The notes under the pieces: generated by a model
The model's input: the letters and a program-made list of their open reading frames with translations, nothing else
Told to the model about the DNA's origin: nothing
Database searches by the model: none
Part shown: one piece after another, positions 55,140 to 62,638 of the stretch
How the letters are laid out: each line of letters begins with the position of its first letter
Numbering within the stretch: position 1 is the stretch's first letter
Position numbers and translations under genes: made by a program
Origin: Bdellovibrionales bacterium
GTDB taxonomy: Bacteria; Bdellovibrionota; Bdellovibrionia; Bdellovibrionales; UBA1609
Assembly (NCBI GenBank): GCA_965261545.1
Contig: CBDHDF010000010.1
Coordinates: 518,741 to 582,740, forward strand
Direction of reading: 5' to 3'
DNA length: 64,000 bases

Positions 55140-56756
55140 TCATTCCTCTTGGGGGGGGGGAGTGTACTGGCGAAAAGTCTCACCACCCACCTTAAGACCT
55201 ATGAAAGGATCTCGTCCCAATTTTTGCACGCTGTACTTGAGAATACCTATATTGCCAGGATCAGGTTGCAACACTTGGATATAGTAAACGAGCACGGCGT
55301 TTTCCTTGGCCTCATGCTCAAGACCCGCCAATGTGTGGCCAGCCTTAACAGTCAGTGTTTCATACATAGGTAACACCGTTTGTTCAAAGACGTAACACTC
55401 CCTTGACAAGTCATCTATGGGCGTCAGACTTGTATCATAGGCTATGACATCAGAATCTTTGAACCAGGGGTTTCTATGATCCTTAATTTGCACAAGAACA
55501 CTTTCTTCACCATCGGGATTATCCTTGAGATTTTCACTATCAAGAGCTGCTGTGTAGCGAGTTGTCCTCCCTGTGCTTTGGGATGCAAAATAAACAAAAG
55601 TTTCAACTCCATCCAATATTCCGTCTCTATCTGTATCAAAAACTTCGGGATTCCCCTTTGTCATACGGCTGTCCTTGCTAGAACGATTTTCAAGTTCATC
55701 CTCCTCACACTTTGTCAATAAGTCAAAGTCCTGGTCTGAACGATCATGGCATGGAGTCAATGATTTTCCTGGGTATCTAAAGCGCAGCCAATGAAAAAAA
55801 TCTCCATAGCCATCTCCAAAGCTAAAACGATTGGCGGGGTCAAAAGATTTTCCCTCTTGACTTAATTCCTCAGCATATAAGTTGTTCATTGCAATTTCAT
55901 CGCGATCACACATTCCATCTACATCTGAATCCACATCGATCTTACCGTCCAAACAAAACCCAGCATTGAGATTATAAACTAAAAATTCCTTAAGACTCCA
56001 TGGAATCACGTCGCCAGTGACAATCAGTTGATCAAAATCCCAACTTTCATCATCTTCAAAATTGACAAAATGACCACGTCCCGCACTCGCCATATCTTCC
56101 AGTCGCTGAATAGCATCTTCACTTCCCCTTCCATAGTAGGCTGAACTTAGATAAATGGGGCGTCCTTTTGTGTTGATAAGACTGGAGACTTGGGAGTTAG
56201 TATTGCCATCTTGGGGCTCTCCATCTGAAATAAAGAATATGACATATCCTGAAGATTCATTGGGATACTTAAGAACGTCATCTTCAATGGCTTGCTTGAC
56301 CATATTGAGGGCTGGCTTGTAATTTGTATTACCACGGTAGGGATTTTGACGAATCTCATCGCTCGCCGACTTCACTTCATTGAGATCTTTTGTGAAAATA
56401 GCCCTATTGCTATCTCCTTCCTCATTGATAAGAGCCACGGGGCTATCGTCGAATAAGATGATTCCGTACTGATAACCTTCTTGTTGAGAAAGTCCATCCA
56501 CAAAATTGTCAATATTATCAGCACGCTTAAGCCCATATGGATCTGTGCTGGCGTTGCTTCCTGAAACATCCACAACAAACATAACTTTTGTGTCACCCTC
56601 GATTTCCACAGGGTCTACAATACAAAAACTATCTTCTGATGTGATAGAAAGAGCCTCTGGAGACTCTGGAGTTAAACTCACATTGAGACAGCCGCTAAGC
56701 CAGAGAGCAAAGAAACTCAAAAAAATTCGTAAAATGGCTCGCCCAATCATGGCCAT
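55140..56756 (-). CDS. Lipoprotein with a vWA domain and thrombospondin-type-3-like Ca-binding repeats.
   Basis: Lipobox LWLSGC. MIDAS (VVDVSGSNAS..T..SDGEP). DxDxDG-type motifs (DVDSDVDGMCDRDE, DTDRDGILDGVE). Confidence 0.7.
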   Translation of the reverse strand: MAMIGRAILRIFLSFFALWLSGCLNVSLTPESPEALSITSEDSFCIVDPVEIEGDTKVMFVVDVSGSNASTDPYGLKRADNIDNFVDGLSQQEGYQYGIILFDDSPVALINEEGDSNRAIFTKDLNEVKSASDEIRQNPYRGNTNYKPALNMVKQAIEDDVLKYPNESSGYVIFFISDGEPQDGNTNSQVSSLINTKGRPIYLSSAYYGRGSEDAIQRLEDMASAGRGHFVNFEDDESWDFDQLIVTGDVIPWSLKEFLVYNLNAGFCLDGKIDVDSDVDGMCDRDEIAMNNLYAEELSQEGKSFDPANRFSFGDGYGDFFHWLRFRYPGKSLTPCHDRSDQDFDLLTKCEEDELENRSSKDSRMTKGNPEVFDTDRDGILDGVETFVYFASQSTGRTTRYTAALDSENLKDNPDGEESVLVQIKDHRNPWFKDSDVIAYDTSLTPIDDLSRECYVFEQTVLPMYETLTVKAGHTLAGLEHEAKENAVLVYYIQVLQPDPGNIGILKYSVQKLGRDPFIGLKVGGETFRQYTPPPQEE

Positions 56757-57109
56757 TCCTTTCCATTATAACACAATCCCTGAAAGCCAGGATGAGTTGT
56801 GAACAAGATTCAGATGCCAAAATTTATCTGCTAGAATTTATCTACCAAAATTTATCTTCTAGGATTCATCAATGATGAAGTCTTACTTCTCTTAATATCC
56901 TAATAAAAGCAATTATGGGGCCAAGTAGCCAAATTATAAACTCAAGTTTTCTTAGGTATTTAAGAAAAAAAGAAGATAGAATTTTTAATGAAAATTGTAT
57001 AGTGAGAGATTTGTAAAAGAATTTTTACTAAAATAAAAGAAATTAATAAAAAAATTTCCTATCCTATGGACTTTCCCGAGCACATCCATATTAATCACAC
57101 CCATGATTA

Positions 57110-57562
57110 TTAATAAATAATAATCGAAGAAGAGTGGCTCTCAATATTAGAAGGACTCCGAACCTTAGACTCCTTCTGCATCGAATCTTGTTGTTTTTCC
57201 ACCATTTGAGTCTTTTTTGTCTCAGTTTCACCTTCATGAAGCTCCCCAAGGGTATTAAGGGCATCAAAATTATCTTCACCTTCACTTTTACCTTTCTTAC
57301 CTTTTGATAATCCAGTGACTCCTAAAGAAGTTTTCAATTGATCTATGAGTTGAGCCTGCTCTCCCAGTGAATCTGATATCTTAGATTCCCACTCCTCATC
57401 CTTTACAACCTCTCGAACTTCATGGGCTATTTGTATATTAGGTATATTGAGAACCTCCACAAGCTTTTTCGTCTCATCCACTGCCACCTCTTGGCCACCC
57501 ACAGTAAGTATCCACCCCAAAGTCAGTAACACTTCTATTAAGATACATCTCCATAGATTCAT
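57110..57562 (-). CDS. Hypothetical secreted acidic/lysine-rich protein.
   Basis: Probable start is MNLWRCILIEVLLTLGWILTVGG (ATG 57562). No known motif. Confidence 0.35.
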   Translation of the reverse strand: MNLWRCILIEVLLTLGWILTVGGQEVAVDETKKLVEVLNIPNIQIAHEVREVVKDEEWESKISDSLGEQAQLIDQLKTSLGVTGLSKGKKGKSEGEDNFDALNTLGELHEGETETKKTQMVEKQQDSMQKESKVRSPSNIESHSSSIIIY

Positions 57563-57710
57563 GATAGCTCCCCCGCCTTTTCTCATTTTTGAACTGTCAA
57601 CCCTAAATTGTTTAATGCAAGAATGTCGCCAAGTGAGAACCTCATTTATTTCAAAAGAAGGCATCATGAGTGTTTAGGAATTACACAAAAGACTTATATT
57701 TAAACAAATA

Positions 57711-57763
57711 TGTACCTTCATGGGGGCGCCTTGCTTCCCCACCCACGCCCATGAATGTTATGT
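57711..57763. repeat. REP-like hairpin element, copy A.
   Basis: Arms ttcatgggggcg (57716-57727) and cgcccatgaa (57745-57754) around the loop ccttgcttccccaccca. A 40-nt stretch is identical to 59073-59112. Confidence 0.75.
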
Positions 57764-58094
57764 ATTAAAATAGGATTTATTAATAAATCCAGTATTTTAG
57801 ACGAAAAAAATTCATAGGAACTATTTAGGGAGTACCGCATTAATTCGAGCAATAAAATTTGCATCCTCACCAAAATCTGTGGGTTAAAGGAGGCTCTCAA
57901 TCAAACAAATGGGCCTAGAATTTCTAGAAAAAATGCTTGGCTCTGGCTTTGCTAGGTTACATTTCTCTTTGCGTCAAATTTTGGACCATTCTGGAAAATT
58001 TCAGAAAATTTTGGTGAAAATAGCTACTTTTTCTTGCAAATAGATCACAATCTGTCAGCCTTACCTAGGATGTAAATTATACAAAGGAGCCACT

Positions 58095-58982
58095 ATCAAT
58101 CGTATCAATCGTTTATGGTTAGCTTTTGTTTTCTTCCTTTACTCTTTTGTCGTCACGGCATCTCCATCTAACTCAGATAAATACTATGGTCCTTTCTTGG
58201 GTCATTTGCTGTATTCTCCACATATGACAAGTGATGAAGTTAGGTCTCACCTCTACAACATACTCACAGGAACCCATGTGACTCACTCAGAGGGGGCTCC
58301 TGATATGATCTTTACATCTTGCACACCTGAAACATGCGAAATATGTACTGACAGACATTGTTATCGGCATATAACAAGAGATTATAGAATCACAAAAAGA
58401 ATTCTCTTTGATATTGATATCAATGAAGATGGCGAGGATTTTTTCTTTCGCAGCTTTTATTGCAAATATGATTTTCACTCTAAAGACCACCCCTCAGTGG
58501 CTCCGGGAAAAATTCCCAACTCCTTTAAATTAAATGTGGAACACCTATGGCCACAAAGCCATTTCTCAAAACAGCAATCTAAAAAAGAACAAAAAAATGA
58601 TCTCCATCACTTACAAATTGTCAATATGAGAGTGAACTCAACAAGAGGCAATAGAAGATATGGTGAAGTTAAGGAAGTTTCAAAACAAATATGTGAGGGT
58701 ACTTTTCTTGGAAAAGATCAATCTTCCGAAACTATCTTTCAGCCTCGTTTTGAAAATCGAGGAAATATTGCAAGGAGTCTTTTTTATTTTTCCATCAGAT
58801 ACCAAGTTGAGATCTCCCCGGAAGAGGAAAACTTTCTAAGGAAGTGGCATAGAGAAGATCCTGTGGATGCACAGGAGCGGGCACGCCATGAAATGATTGC
58901 CTTTTCACAAAAAAACCGAAATCCCTTTGTAGATTATCCACAACTAGAAGATAAGATCCTCAACTTTGGAAGCTCGAAATAA
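58095..58982 (+). CDS. Endonuclease I-family secreted nuclease, with a probable non-canonical ATC start.
   Basis: LNVEHLWPQS, NDLHHLQIVNMRVNSTRGN, NRNPFVDYP. An in-frame signal peptide (NRINRLWLAFVFFLYSFVVTAS) lies upstream of the first canonical start (TTG 58197). The SD aaggag (58084-58089) sits 5 nt before ATC 58095. Confidence 0.7.
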   Translation: MNRINRLWLAFVFFLYSFVVTASPSNSDKYYGPFLGHLLYSPHMTSDEVRSHLYNILTGTHVTHSEGAPDMIFTSCTPETCEICTDRHCYRHITRDYRITKRILFDIDINEDGEDFFFRSFYCKYDFHSKDHPSVAPGKIPNSFKLNVEHLWPQSHFSKQQSKKEQKNDLHHLQIVNMRVNSTRGNRRYGEVKEVSKQICEGTFLGKDQSSETIFQPRFENRGNIARSLFYFSIRYQVEISPEEENFLRKWHREDPVDAQERARHEMIAFSQKNRNPFVDYPQLEDKILNFGSSK

Positions 58983-59036
58983 AGCTGGTCTTTGATTTTT
59001 ACTTCTGACTCCTGCTTTGATAACATCTTCATATCC
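58966..59036 (-). pseudogene. 71-bp remnant of an IS110-family transposase gene, homologous to window positions 12-82.
   Basis: The reverse complement reads GYEDVIKAGVRSKNQRPALFRAS, against GYEDVIKAGVRSKNQRSALFRAS at the window start. The first 28 nt are identical (ggatatgaagatgttatcaaagcaggag). It overlaps the last codons of the nuclease gene in antisense. Confidence 0.75.
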
Positions 59037-59112
59037 GCGCCCCCATGAATGTTACAAACATTCATAGTAACATTCATGGGGGCGCCTTGCTTCCCCACCC
59101 ACGCCCATGAAT
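59037..59112. repeat. BIME-like cluster of REP-like arms, consisting of a perfect 19-bp inverted repeat plus hairpin copy B.
   Basis: gcgcccccatgaatgttac (59037-59055) and gtaacattcatgggggcgc (59067-59085) are separated by 11 nt. The second arm also forms hairpin B with cgcccatgaa (59102-59111). Confidence 0.75.
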
Positions 59113-59114
59113 CT

Positions 59115-59470
59115 TTCTAGGCCCCCACTTCTTTGCACGAAGCAACTCGGTGGACAGCTTCGCTGGTCTATATAATTGGCCTCTTTTAGTTACTCTGGAC
59201 TTTTGATGGTATTTTTGTCATGTATGATTCCGATACAATAAAGGATAAAGCAATAACATTATTGGAAGGTGATAAGATGAGTGGCCGTTGAATAGATTGG
59301 TAATTTTAATTCCGTGAAGTAACATGGTCTTGAGCTTTGGATCGAACCCACGCATGTACCTGCACTCTGAGTGTATGGACGTATAGTAAGTTGACCTATT
59401 TTCGCTTTAGAATTTATGGCAAAATCCCAAGGCTCTAGTTTTATCACCTTCTTTTTTTCTAACAGAAAGG
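59115..59470 (+). ncRNA. Candidate bridge (guide) RNA region of the IS110 element.
   Basis: A long non-coding left end lies directly upstream of the recombinase, as in IS110-group elements where the bridge RNA is encoded. No coding potential. Local stems are present, e.g. cgaagc..gcttcg at 59138-59162. Exact ends and loops were not determined. Confidence 0.35.
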
Positions 59471-59479
59471 AGGAGTCAT

Positions 59480-60682
59480 GTGGATATTATTTATAGTTCT
59501 GTTTGTGGAATAGATGTTCATCAACATATGTTGATGTGTACGATTGTCAAAGTGGAAGACGGTAAGAAGAAGTTTTTCACAAAAGAGTTCAAGAATTTTC
59601 CAAAAAATTTTCCTAGAATGCGCTCTTGGATGAAGCCACATAAGGTTGAGAGAGTTCTTTTTGAGAGCACAGGGATTTATTGGAATTCTTTATACGATGA
59701 TTTGACAGAAAAAGGTTATGAAGTAGATGTTATCAATGCCTTTCATGTCAAAAATATTACTGGTAAAAAAACTGACGTGTTGGATAGCCAGTGGATTGCA
59801 GAGCTTGGTGCTTGTGGTCTTCTAAGAGCTAGCTTCATTCCTCCACGTGAGATTCGTTCTATTAGACTTTTGGCTCGTTATCGTACAAAAACGATCCGCC
59901 AAATATCTTCGGAACAAAATCGTATGTATAAGGTTCTTGAATATTCAGGCATTCGTTTAACCTATGCAATGTCTAAAGCTGACTGCGTATCTGGTATGGC
60001 CATGATTCGTGCCATAGCTAATGGAGAGAGATCAGTTTCTAAATTGATGTCTCTTGCCAGAGGGTCTTTACGTCAAAAGACCGAAGAATTTTCTTACGCC
60101 CTGTCGGGAAAGATGACGGAAGAAAATCGTTTTGTTCTTCAACGCATTCTTGATCGAATAGATTTTTTGAAAAAAGAATGCTCTCAAATTGAAGAAGAAC
60201 TTTTCATTCGTATGAAACCCTATGAAAGGCAGTGGCATCTACTCCAGACTATACCTGGAATTGACGAATTAAGTGCAGCGCTTTTGATTGCAGAAATAGG
60301 AGGCAATGTGAAGTCTTTTAAAAATAAAGGAAATTTTTGCTCCTGGATGGGGATTTGCCCATCCAATAATGAGAGCGCAGGAAAAAAAAAGTCTTCACGA
60401 ACGAGGAAAGCGAACACATATGTGAAATCGTTGGTATGTGAGATGGCCAATAGTGCTATTAAGACGAATTCACAATTCAAAGGCAAATACCAATCACTTG
60501 TTATAAGGCGTGGGCACAAGAGATCAGTGATTGCCGTTGGTCACAAAATGATGGGAGTTGTTTATTCAGTCATAAGTAATGACACCCCCTACAAAGACCC
60601 TGGAATTGACTATGAAAAGCTCATGGTGAAAAAAAATGCACCAAGGTGGATTAGAGCGTTAAAAAAGTATGATTTCATGTAA
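59480..60682 (+). CDS. IS110-family DEDD recombinase/transposase.
   Basis: N-terminal VCGIDVHQHML (DEDD_Tnp_IS110). C-terminal LQTIPGIDELSAALLIAEIGGNVKSFKNKGNFCSWMGICPSNNESAGK (Transposase_20). The SD aaggaggag precedes GTG 59480. Confidence 0.9.
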   Translation: MDIIYSSVCGIDVHQHMLMCTIVKVEDGKKKFFTKEFKNFPKNFPRMRSWMKPHKVERVLFESTGIYWNSLYDDLTEKGYEVDVINAFHVKNITGKKTDVLDSQWIAELGACGLLRASFIPPREIRSIRLLARYRTKTIRQISSEQNRMYKVLEYSGIRLTYAMSKADCVSGMAMIRAIANGERSVSKLMSLARGSLRQKTEEFSYALSGKMTEENRFVLQRILDRIDFLKKECSQIEEELFIRMKPYERQWHLLQTIPGIDELSAALLIAEIGGNVKSFKNKGNFCSWMGICPSNNESAGKKKSSRTRKANTYVKSLVCEMANSAIKTNSQFKGKYQSLVIRRGHKRSVIAVGHKMMGVVYSVISNDTPYKDPGIDYEKLMVKKNAPRWIRALKKYDFM

Positions 60683-60774
60683 TGTAGGATGATTTAAAAA
60701 CTCGGACATTTGAAAAAATTCGAAGAACGGATAGTGGATTCGTGCGTCCAAACTACCCCGGAGATTCATAGTAA

Positions 60775-61839
60775 CTATTCATTATCGAGACCTTGATCAA
60801 TAATGGTCCAGTTTCGAGCGATGAGAGCATTTCGTGCATCCACAGCACTATTGTTGTACTGTGAATTTCCTCCATGAAACTCAACGTCATCTTGTTGAGA
60901 AGTACTGTGAATTTGGTTGAGCAGGTGGCTATACATATCTGTGGGAAGAGTGATGCCTTCAAGCATGCTTTCCATAGTTGTAACACTGTGAAAATTCCAT
61001 TGGGCCATATTGGGTTGTGCCACCTGGGCTTCTGAGAATATATTGCTCATGTCTGTGACCTTGGATGTATCCCAGCGACTGATATCAGGACTGGCAGCTC
61101 CTGTATCAGAAAACATATAACTCATATTTGTGACCTTGGATGTATCCCAGAGTCTTACGTCAGGATTGGCAGTTTCTGTGGAAGAAAACATATAACTCAT
61201 ATTTGTGACATTGGATGTGTCCCAGCGGCTTACGTCGGGATTGGCAGCACCTACATATGAAAACATATACCCCATGTCTGTGACTTTGGATGTATCCCAA
61301 TGACTGATCTCAGGACGGACCATTATGGCATTATAAAACATAGAGTTCATGCTTGTGACACTAGAGACGTTACCTCCGCTGAGGCTTTCTAAATTCCTAC
61401 AGCTACTAAAGGCTCTGTTTAAATTTTTCCAACCCACATCACCGAGATCTTTCACAGATATGAGTTTAATACTGTATTCGGGGGCAATGTCTTCAAAATT
61501 CCAAGCCTCAAGGGTTCCTGAAATGGTCACAGTGTAGTCTCCAGACTCTGCGTAGGTATGGGTGGTGTCACTGTCATCATGGGTTGTAATTTCGCTGAAT
61601 GAACCATCTCCCCAATTCACCTTGAAATTATAATTATATCCAGGGGGCAAAGGGAGAACGATAGCTTCGTTGTTGTTAGAAGTTCTCCAAATAGAGATAA
61701 AAGGAGGAGAGGTAGGACTACTGAAAGAGGATCCATATTGATCTTTTCCATCATTTCCACAGCCCAGAAAATTAATGCTGGTGAGACAAATGATAATTAA
61801 AGAAAAAGTCCATTTTTTAAAAAATTTTAATTGAATCAT
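60775..61839 (-). CDS. DUF285/BspA-like repeat surface lipoprotein.
   Basis: Lipobox NFLGCG. SIWRTSNNNEAIVLPLPPGYNYNFKVNWGDGS. Five WDTS(K/N)VT(D/N)M repeats. C-terminal ARNWTIIDQG. Closely related to 15319-16128. Confidence 0.75.
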   Translation of the reverse strand: MIQLKFFKKWTFSLIIICLTSINFLGCGNDGKDQYGSSFSSPTSPPFISIWRTSNNNEAIVLPLPPGYNYNFKVNWGDGSFSEITTHDDSDTTHTYAESGDYTVTISGTLEAWNFEDIAPEYSIKLISVKDLGDVGWKNLNRAFSSCRNLESLSGGNVSSVTSMNSMFYNAIMVRPEISHWDTSKVTDMGYMFSYVGAANPDVSRWDTSNVTNMSYMFSSTETANPDVRLWDTSKVTNMSYMFSDTGAASPDISRWDTSKVTDMSNIFSEAQVAQPNMAQWNFHSVTTMESMLEGITLPTDMYSHLLNQIHSTSQQDDVEFHGGNSQYNNSAVDARNALIARNWTIIDQGLDNE

Positions 61840-61853
61840 GGTTTATTTCCTGA

Positions 61854-61915
61854 CCCGGAGGAGTTAGAGGTTCAAATCTTTAAAGAATGGAACCTCTCAC
61901 TAAACGAATGCCATG
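61854..61915 (+). repeat. Solo, diverged copy of the right end of the DUF4338-IS4 element.
   Basis: About 52 of 60 positions match 6026-6086 (ggaggagttagaggttcaaatc..ctctcactaaacgaatgccat). No adjacent transposase. Confidence 0.7.
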
Positions 61916-61933
61916 CCCCCCATGGGTGGTGAC

Positions 61934-62326
61934 CTATTGACATTTTTTTCTTAGTTTATAGCTCCCTTGACTTGCGTCACTTAATTTCAAGTAGAGGCCT
62001 TTGTCCCCACAATTTCGCCAAGCACGCTGAGTTATTTTTGTAGGAAAGAAGTCCTCAGGACTCCTATTCGCATAGAAGTCCATTCTCATGTAAGCACCAT
62101 GGCAACTTCTAAAGTGGTTCTTCCCAGTTGTTCTCCAACTTCCACCTTTACCATACCGATCATAACACTTTGTATAAACAGGATAATCACGCTTGTTGTC
62201 AATACGAATATATCCCCAATTATCTGTATTTGGTCCATCATGTGCCAAGACCATGGTCGATATAAGACCCAAATTCATAAAAATAACTATGATAAAAGTT
62301 GTCATGAGATGAATAAATAAGTTCAT
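61934..62326 (-). CDS. Small secreted 4-Cys protein, paralog of 26549-26911.
   Basis: Signal/TM N-terminus. Shared blocks WGYIRIDN, KCYDRYG, FRSCHGAYMRMDF, CGDKGLYLKL, and a C-terminal KKCQ. Confidence 0.6.
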   Translation of the reverse strand: MNLFIHLMTTFIIVIFMNLGLISTMVLAHDGPNTDNWGYIRIDNKRDYPVYTKCYDRYGKGGSWRTTGKNHFRSCHGAYMRMDFYANRSPEDFFPTKITQRAWRNCGDKGLYLKLSDASQGSYKLRKKCQ

Positions 62327-62638
62327 AAAACCTCCTATTGTTATACATTTGCAGTGATCTGGAAAGTCCGCAGTTTTCGGGCTTATTTCGGAAGATCACG
62401 CATAAAGTCTAGAAGTTCCCCCCCTCTTCTTCTTGTGTAAAATTGTTTTGCACAAAGGGGGACCATCTAGGTTTGATGGTAGCAAAATGGAATGTGCTTT
62501 GCAAATGCGAGAAGCTTTTTCTGAGGATATTTAGACCACAAAAAATCTGATAACTGGCCGTCTCTTTTTTCCGCGAAAGGTCCCTATTTTAGAAAAAGTC
62601 TATCCGCCCACGACCTTCCATCATCACCCCCCGCCGCC

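Larger units (their letters stand above)
59107..60769 (+). mobile_element. IS110-family insertion sequence. Boundaries are approximate.
   Basis: Intact DEDD/Transposase_20 recombinase with a roughly 370-bp non-coding left end and a roughly 85-bp right end. Both junctions read atgaat|ct in inverted orientation (59107-59114, 60762-60769). The 12-bp direct repeat attcatagtaac lies at 59060-59071 and 60764-60775. Confidence 0.7.

Noticed and set aside
57718-57900. A 60-aa minus-strand ORF.
   Set aside because: It starts inside the REP-like hairpin and runs through AT-rich spacer. It has no SD and no homology.
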